Source: an uncultured delta proteobacterium
GTDB lineage: Bacteria > Myxococcota_A > Polyangia > Polyangiales > Polyangiaceae
Direction: 5' to 3'
Assembly (NCBI GenBank): GCA_963696385.1
Contig: CAVOKF010000007.1
Location: 1,120,001-1,184,000, forward strand
DNA length: 64,000 nucleotides
Below are positions 58,082 through 64,000 of this stretch, piece by piece (the first letter of the stretch is position 1; every line of letters begins with the position of its first letter). Made by a program: the position numbers and the translations under genes. The notes beneath the pieces are model-generated. The model worked only from the letters and a program-made list of their open reading frames with translations, was not told the DNA's origin and ran no database searches.

Positions 58082-61000
58082 CTAGGAAGCCGATTCTCGG
58101 CGGGCGCTGCTGAGCGCTGCGTGGGCCCCGCCCAACTTGGCCAATGCCGTCTCGCATTCGTCGGCGATGAGCTTGTGACCCGTCCGCATTGCGGCCGCAC
58201 GCGCTCGCTCGTATTCCGCGCGCGCCGCATCGGTTCTGCCGCGACGGTGCAGCAGCTTCGCAAGCAACGCGCCACCCCCCACGAGCTCCCAGACGAACTC
58301 CTTGCTCTCCGCGTAGGCCAACCCCTGGACGAGCAGTTTGTCGGCGTCTGCCGCCCCCTGCATCCCGTCGAGGTAGGCGAGAAACATGCGGTTATGGTTG
58401 GCGAGGCGCTCGTAGCCATGTTCCTCGCACATCGCGAGCGATTCTCGAAATGCCTGAACCGCTCGGGGCGCGTCGTCGAGTTGCACCAGGGCCACGCCGA
58501 GGTTGTGCAAATTGAGCATCGCCTCGTGCGTCAGGCCCATTTCGCGGCTCATGTCGATGGCCATTTCGCTATGCAAAACCGCCGATCGAAAGTCGCGAGT
58601 CAAAAGGTCGACCACCGACCGGACGTTCACGCGCTCGAGAGCGGCCATTCAATCGTCGGGCAACGCATGCTCGGCCTCGCCGAGCCTTGCCACGGCCCCG
58701 ATTCGATCGCCGACACCGGCGCTCGCCTGGGCCAGATGCAGCGCCACGCGATGTTTCTCCCGCTCGTCTGCGAGCGTCGGAGCGAGGTTTCGCAGCTCGT
58801 CGAGCAACTGCGCCGCCCGTCGTAGATCGCCGCGATTGGTGGCCAAGTCGGCGCCCGCGATCAGGACTGGAACCATGAGCTGCGGATCCGTCCCAGCCAG
58901 CGCTCGCGCGTCGTCGAGACGGCGACGGGCTTGATCCATCAGTTGAACCGCGGTGAGCAGCTGCCCCGCTGCGACGTGGGCACGCACCCGGACTCGACGG
59001 TCCTGAGCTTGGTCCACGCGCTCGATGACGCGCCGGCACAGCTCGGGCGCCTCGGGACAGGAGCGGACCAGGCGCACGGCCGCCGCCAGCCCGGCGAGCC
59101 ACGCTGCGAGCTCCTCGGGAGTCCTCGTCACGACGTCTGCGAGAACGATGGCCCGAGCGTAGTCGCGCGCGGCAGCATCGAGCTGGCGCGTTTCGAGACG
59201 GCGCTCACCGCTCTTCGCGAAATACGTCGCGGCGCGCTCGCGATCGCCGGCTTCGTACAGATGGCCCGCGATACGAGCGGCTTGCTCCCACGCGCGTGCG
59301 CCGAGCGTGCTCTCGAGTGCTTGACCCGCAGCCGCGTGCATCTCGCGAGCCGCTTCCGGGGTCAACGCGTCGGCGACAATCTCCGGCACGATCGGCGAGG
59401 TAAATCGCAGCTCGCTCGGCCCTCGGTCGACCACGAAATGATGGGCCTTCAACGTAGCAATCGAACGCTCGAGCGAGGGCATCGCCCGGCCGAGCATGCT
59501 CGACAAGACGTTGACGTCAATCGGGTCGCGGAGCACCGACGCCGCCTGCAGCATCGCCCGGTCATCGGGGCTCAACCGGGAGACGCGAGACGCCACCAGA
59601 CCGCGCAGCGTCTTCGGCAGGGCCAGATCCTGGCCGACCAGATTCATCTCGACGACGCGCCGTTCCTCCACCGTGACCGCGCCGGCGTCGACCAGGCCCT
59701 TGATGACCTCCTCGACGAACAGCGGATGGCCCCCGGCGCGAGCCCGGACGAAGCGCAGAATCTCGTCGGAGACGCTGTCGACGCCGAGACGCATGGCGAC
59801 GAGCCGCTCGACTTCCGGCGCGGCAAGATCGCCGAGGTCGATGGCGACGTGACCGTTGGTCCTTTCGAGCGGATGCGAAAACCCGGCACGCGCCGCGAAG
59901 AGGAACACGAGACGCGCCTGCCGCAGTCGGCGGAGCACCTCTTCGAGTAGAGCGAAGCTCTCCTCGTCCATCGCATGGGCCACGTCCCACGCGAACGTGT
60001 GGGGGCGGTCTTCGCAAAGGCTCTGCACCATACGCACGAACGCCTGACGCAGCGGCGCGTTGCCGTCCCCCGTCGCGGCAGGAACGTTCGCGCCGAGAAC
60101 GGTGAGGACGGCGTTCACCTCGTCGGCGTCCAGCCCGAGCGCGCGCAGGCGCGGCTGTACGGCCAGGATGCGATCGTTGGCGTCACCCTCGTTCGTACCG
60201 CACAGCACCTGCAGCATGCTGACGATGCCGGAAAGCGGAAAATCGTTGCCGCGCGGGGGGCACGACGCGGTGTGGAAGCCGACGTTGTAACCGCCTTTCC
60301 GCAGGCGCCGCTCCACCTCGTAAAGAAGACGGGTCTTGCCGACGCCATTGTCGCCGCGAATCGTGATGACTCGCGACGTGCGCTTCGTCGCGGCCGCGAG
60401 GACCTCGCCGACGCGACGGAGCTCGTCTTTGCGTCCTACGAAGCGCCCGTACGTTTCAGCGGGGCCTCGCAGGGCCTTTACGAGAACGGAGGCGACGTGC
60501 GTCTGCTGGTCGCTCTCGGTAATCGGTTCGAATTCGAAGAGGGCGCGGACTTGCCTCATCGCGTGCGTGCTGATGGCCGCCTGACCGTCGCGTACGCGCG
60601 CGAGCTCGCGCGCGGTGTCGAAGAGCGCGCCCATCCGATCGTCTTCCGTGGGTTCCCCCGACGCGGAGATATGGATCCGTCCGATGTGCAATCCCGCCCC
60701 CGGTGCGCGCGACGCGTCGAGACTGCGCAGCGCGACGAGCGCGCATCGCGTGGCCATCTCGGTGTCGCGACCGTCGGGGTCCCCGAGACCGAAGAGCGCT
60801 GCGACGTGACCCGCCTCGCGACGTGTTACGCGGCCACCCCACCGCTCGATGACGTGGGCCGCTTTGTCGACGACGTGGTCCGGAGTCTCGCGAGGCAGTT
60901 CGAGTACGAGTGCCGTGACTTCGCGGCGCTCCCCCAAGTCGATGGCGCGCTCGATCGCGGCGAGACCCGAGCCCCGATCCAGGCGAACGCTCGCCGCTCG

Positions 61001-62056
61001 ACGCGTCGCGGGAATCTCGACCGGAGTCCGTTCGACGCGGGGATTGGCCGCATCCGCTTCGAGCATCGGATCGCGGCCGGCGGCGCTCGTGCTCGCCTCC
61101 ATCGAATCGCGGAAGCGCGACAGAAACTCGGCGAGCTCGTGGGCGCCGTAGCGACTGCCTTGCGTGTAGAGAAACGCGAGGAGAGCCTCGTACAGGCGTC
61201 CCGCATCGGGATACCGATCGTCGGGGTGCTTCGCCATCGCGATTTTCAGGATCCCAACGAGCTCCGGCGGCACTTCCGGGCGCAGCAGCTCGACCGGGGG
61301 GTACTCGCAGGCCTGGACTCGGCGCAGCGTTTCGAACGTGGTCGGTCCGCTGAACGGGTTTACCCCCGCGACGCACTCGTAAAGGATGGTACCGAGCGAG
61401 AAGAGGTCACTGCGGGCATCGACCGATTCGCCCTGCGCCTGCTCGGGGCTCATGTATCCGAACTTGCCTTGCAGGGCGCGCGCATGAGTGTCCTCGTGAC
61501 CCGACCGGTCGAGGGCGCCTCGCGCCTTGGCGATGCCGAAATCGGTGACTTTGACTTCGCCTTCGAACGAGAGAAGGACATTCTGTGGCGAGACGTCGCG
61601 GTGCACGATACCAAGCGGCCGCATTTGTTCGTCGCGGCGGCGGTGAGCGTGATCGAGCCCCTTGGCCACTTCGGAAGCGACGTAGGCCCCCAGCTGAATG
61701 GGCAAGCCGCCTTGAGACCGGCGGGAGCGCCCGAGGACACTCGCCAAATCGAGGCCCTGCACGTACTCCATGGCCATGTAGTAGGCGTCCGACCCGACGC
61801 CCCCCTCGCCCCCCGATGCCTTGCCTAGGTCGAAGACCTGCACGATGTTCGCGTGAGACAGCCGGACGGCGAGCTTTGCCTCGTGAACGAACATGTCCAC
61901 GAATTCCTGACTGCGCGCGAGCTCAGGCAGGATCCGCTTGATGACGAGAATTTTCTCGAAGCCTTCGACTCCGTAGCTCTTCGCTTTGAAGACCTCCGCC
62001 ATGCCCCCCTGCCCGAGCCTCTCGAGCAGGCGATAGCGACCGAATGCCGCGTTCAC
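58082..62056 (-). CDS. Ser/Thr kinase - degenerate cyclase-like - STAND/AAA ATPase - TPR protein, interrupted by an in-frame TGA at 58649-58651
   Basis: GQGGMAEV, HRDVSPQN, DFG; GERREVT; FVGR, GDNGVGKT, GHPLFVEE; TPR tail continues in the same frame from ATG 58648 to 58082. Confidence 0.85.
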
Positions 62057-62198
62057 TTCGTTTCGCTCCGGAGTCGCTAAGCGCGGGTGGTGTCCTCCGC
62101 CCGTCGTCGCCTCGTCGGCGGCGCATGAGCTCGGGCTTTTGCTCGCCCCAATGGCTTAGGACGCTATCACCTCCGAGAGACCGGTGCGAGGCTCGGGG

Positions 62199-64000
62199 TC
62201 ACGGCACGGGCGACTGGGTGCCTGCCGGATCTCGACCCGCAGGCGGGGAGTTGACCGGCACACCGGGAAACGGCGGCGGTGCCACGGCGTGACGGACGAC
62301 GTAGACCGGGTTCGTGAACCCCATCGGGGGAACTGGAACGAAGGGCAGCACGTCGTCCATCGGCCGGTCGCCCCGAACCACGACCTGCACCCAACCGTTC
62401 TCCGGCCCGACCGACACCGCGAGATCGCGGTCGAGCCGAATGGTGCGATCCTGCGCCTCCGCGAGCGTGCCCGGCTCGGGTCCGAGGGCCGTAGGGCGCG
62501 AAGGCACCTCGAACGACCCGACGATTTTGTAGGTGCCCCCGATCTGGCCCGCGACGACGTCCACCCGCGTCACGTCGATCCACGGCGCGGCGCGCACGCG
62601 AACGTGACCCAAGATCGGGTCGTCTGTGGTGGACAGCTCGTCGCCAGGGCGTACGCCGTCGAGTTCGAACTCGATCATCGGTCCGCTCGTGACGACCGCG
62701 TGCCCTTTTTTGATGTTCGCGACCACGACGAGAGGGTCGACGGCCTTCTCATCCTCCAAAGCGGACGGATTGGAGTCGACGGTCACCATCGTGCGCGGAT
62801 AGCCGGCCCAATGGTATTGGATACGATGCGAGTCGCTGCTTCCGGTCGCGGCGTAGCGCCATCCGAAATCGAGAAGCGCCCAGTAGTCGCGCAGCACCTG
62901 ATCGACGCGTTCGGGTAACTCGCTGTCGTAACCGTTGTACACTTCGATGCCGTCGAAATCGACTCGATTGTGGATGCGGGTGCGCGGCGCTTTCGGGTCG
63001 AATCCGATGTTGTTGAAATAGCCTATTCCCTTTGGAAGCCTCGGATGGTTCAATTGAAAGTAGCGATTCGGGTCATTGGCGCGGACGGCCCGAAAGATCG
63101 ACGCCATGTTCGTGTGCTTGTACGGCGGCACGGGTGCCGCCAAGGGGTAGGGGAATACCCCAAAATGGCCGAAGCCCTTGCTGTAGGTCGTTACTTCCAC
63201 GCCTGGGACGCTGAGAAGCTCCCGCCCGAGATCCAGTGTTTCGATCGACGGGGCGTAATTGCCGACCACGTTGTGCTCGGTCGGAACGGCGAAATCGATG
63301 CCGGCCGCAACGAGCGAGAGCACTCGGTCTTCGGGCACGACGGGTGAATCGAAGCTCGGCCGCGCATGCACGTGCAGATCGCACCCGAGGACACCCGGAG
63401 TCGGTACGACGTGGCGCGGAGCGAGATCCACCGCTGCAACGCGCCCGGGCACGATCGTCACGGTTTTCGCATCGATGCTCCATTCGATGCCTCTCGTGGC
63501 CGCGATGCGGTAGCGGCCCGAGGGCAGCGGCGTCGTCACATCACCGCGCAGCGCGTCAATCACGGGGCCCGCCCCCGAAGCACGGTAATCCGGGCCGAAG
63601 CTCGGGTCGACGGTGCCTTCGACGCCGTGCACGACGAGGCGCGCCGTCAACGGGGCACCCGTATCGGCATCGGTGATCGCGACGTGCAGATCTCCCCCGG
63701 GGGACACGTCGAGCACCAGGTCACGGGGCGTGCCGGGGACGAAGGAGGCCAGACCGCTCGCGCGTCCCGGATCGACGGCCGCGTACCACTGCACGACCGA
63801 CTTCGGCACCTGCAGCGCGAAGGCTCCGCCGGGGTCGACGTGCGCTCGCACCTGGGGTCCCCCTTGAGCGTCGCGACCGAAAACCAGCGACCGCTCGGTC
63901 GCGCCGGTCACGTGGCCGCGCACGAGCGCCGTCGGCTCGCCCGAAAGCTCGGCGATCGACTGCCACGCGGCGACACTCGACGTGGCAACGACAATCGACA
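62199..64000 (-). CDS. CehA/McbA-like PHP-fold metallohydrolase, 5'-partial
   Basis: RG.EW, DLHVH, TEHN, G.EVT, GHF, NHP, EVYNG, GSSDSH, G.PRT, FTNP; frame open to the window end. Confidence 0.85.
   Translation of the reverse strand, partial: SIVVATSSVAAWQSIAELSGEPTALVRGHVTGATERSLVFGRDAQGGPQVRAHVDPGGAFALQVPKSVVQWYAAVDPGRASGLASFVPGTPRDLVLDVSPGGDLHVAITDADTGAPLTARLVVHGVEGTVDPSFGPDYRASGAGPVIDALRGDVTTPLPSGRYRIAATRGIEWSIDAKTVTIVPGRVAAVDLAPRHVVPTPGVLGCDLHVHARPSFDSPVVPEDRVLSLVAAGIDFAVPTEHNVVGNYAPSIETLDLGRELLSVPGVEVTTYSKGFGHFGVFPYPLAAPVPPYKHTNMASIFRAVRANDPNRYFQLNHPRLPKGIGYFNNIGFDPKAPRTRIHNRVDFDGIEVYNGYDSELPERVDQVLRDYWALLDFGWRYAATGSSDSHRIQYHWAGYPRTMVTVDSNPSALEDEKAVDPLVVVANIKKGHAVVTSGPMIEFELDGVRPGDELSTTDDPILGHVRVRAAPWIDVTRVDVVAGQIGGTYKIVGSFEVPSRPTALGPEPGTLAEAQDRTIRLDRDLAVSVGPENGWVQVVVRGDRPMDDVLPFVPVPPMGFTNPVYVVRHAVAPPPFPGVPVNSPPAGRDPAGTQSPVP

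Noticed and set aside
58649..58651. Selenocysteine recoding of the in-frame TGA
   Set aside because: The position is in a TPR helical region with no redox motif, and no convincing SECIS-like hairpin was seen downstream

Overview
High-GC (roughly two-thirds GC by eye), gene-dense chromosomal segment from a myxobacterium, most likely Polyangiales/Sorangium-like. This assignment is inferred from a TIGR02266-type PilZ protein, an MXAN_2562-like barrel, two eukaryotic-like Ser/Thr kinases, a split Fo atp operon and an ECF/anti-sigma cassette. Most of the window is core or housekeeping: pilT, hpt, grpE-dnaK, HU, ybeY, rimI, ggt, add, lemA, rpoZ, yggS, rph-rdgB, atpB/atpE, grxC, clpB, mpl, suhB, tRNA-Ser(TGA) and tRNA-Arg(TCG). 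No integrase, transposase, prophage or CRISPR array was seen. Most notable observations: (1) a four-gene cassette (secreted/outer-membrane protein, ECF sigma, membrane anti-sigma, Cys-rich repeat lipoprotein) with an identical bipartite motif GAAGGGA-N15-CATTCACA upstream of both the sigma gene and the lipoprotein gene; (2) a 70-76 bp cloverleaf repeat with terminal inverted repeats present twice, 26 kb apart; (3) TAnnnT -10 boxes 5-9 nt before about ten start codons, suggesting widespread leaderless transcription; (4) an orphan soluble MCP plus double-Hpt CheA pair; (5) two interrupted signalling genes (a +1 frameshift in a HAMP kinase, and an in-frame TGA in a kinase-STAND-TPR gene); (6) a DUF4266-DUF3570-TlpA operon with no ApbE; (7) a stand-alone HD/CCA-enzyme C-terminal half and a ClpB with a degenerate NBD1. 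All family assignments come from motif recognition by eye; no database searches were run.
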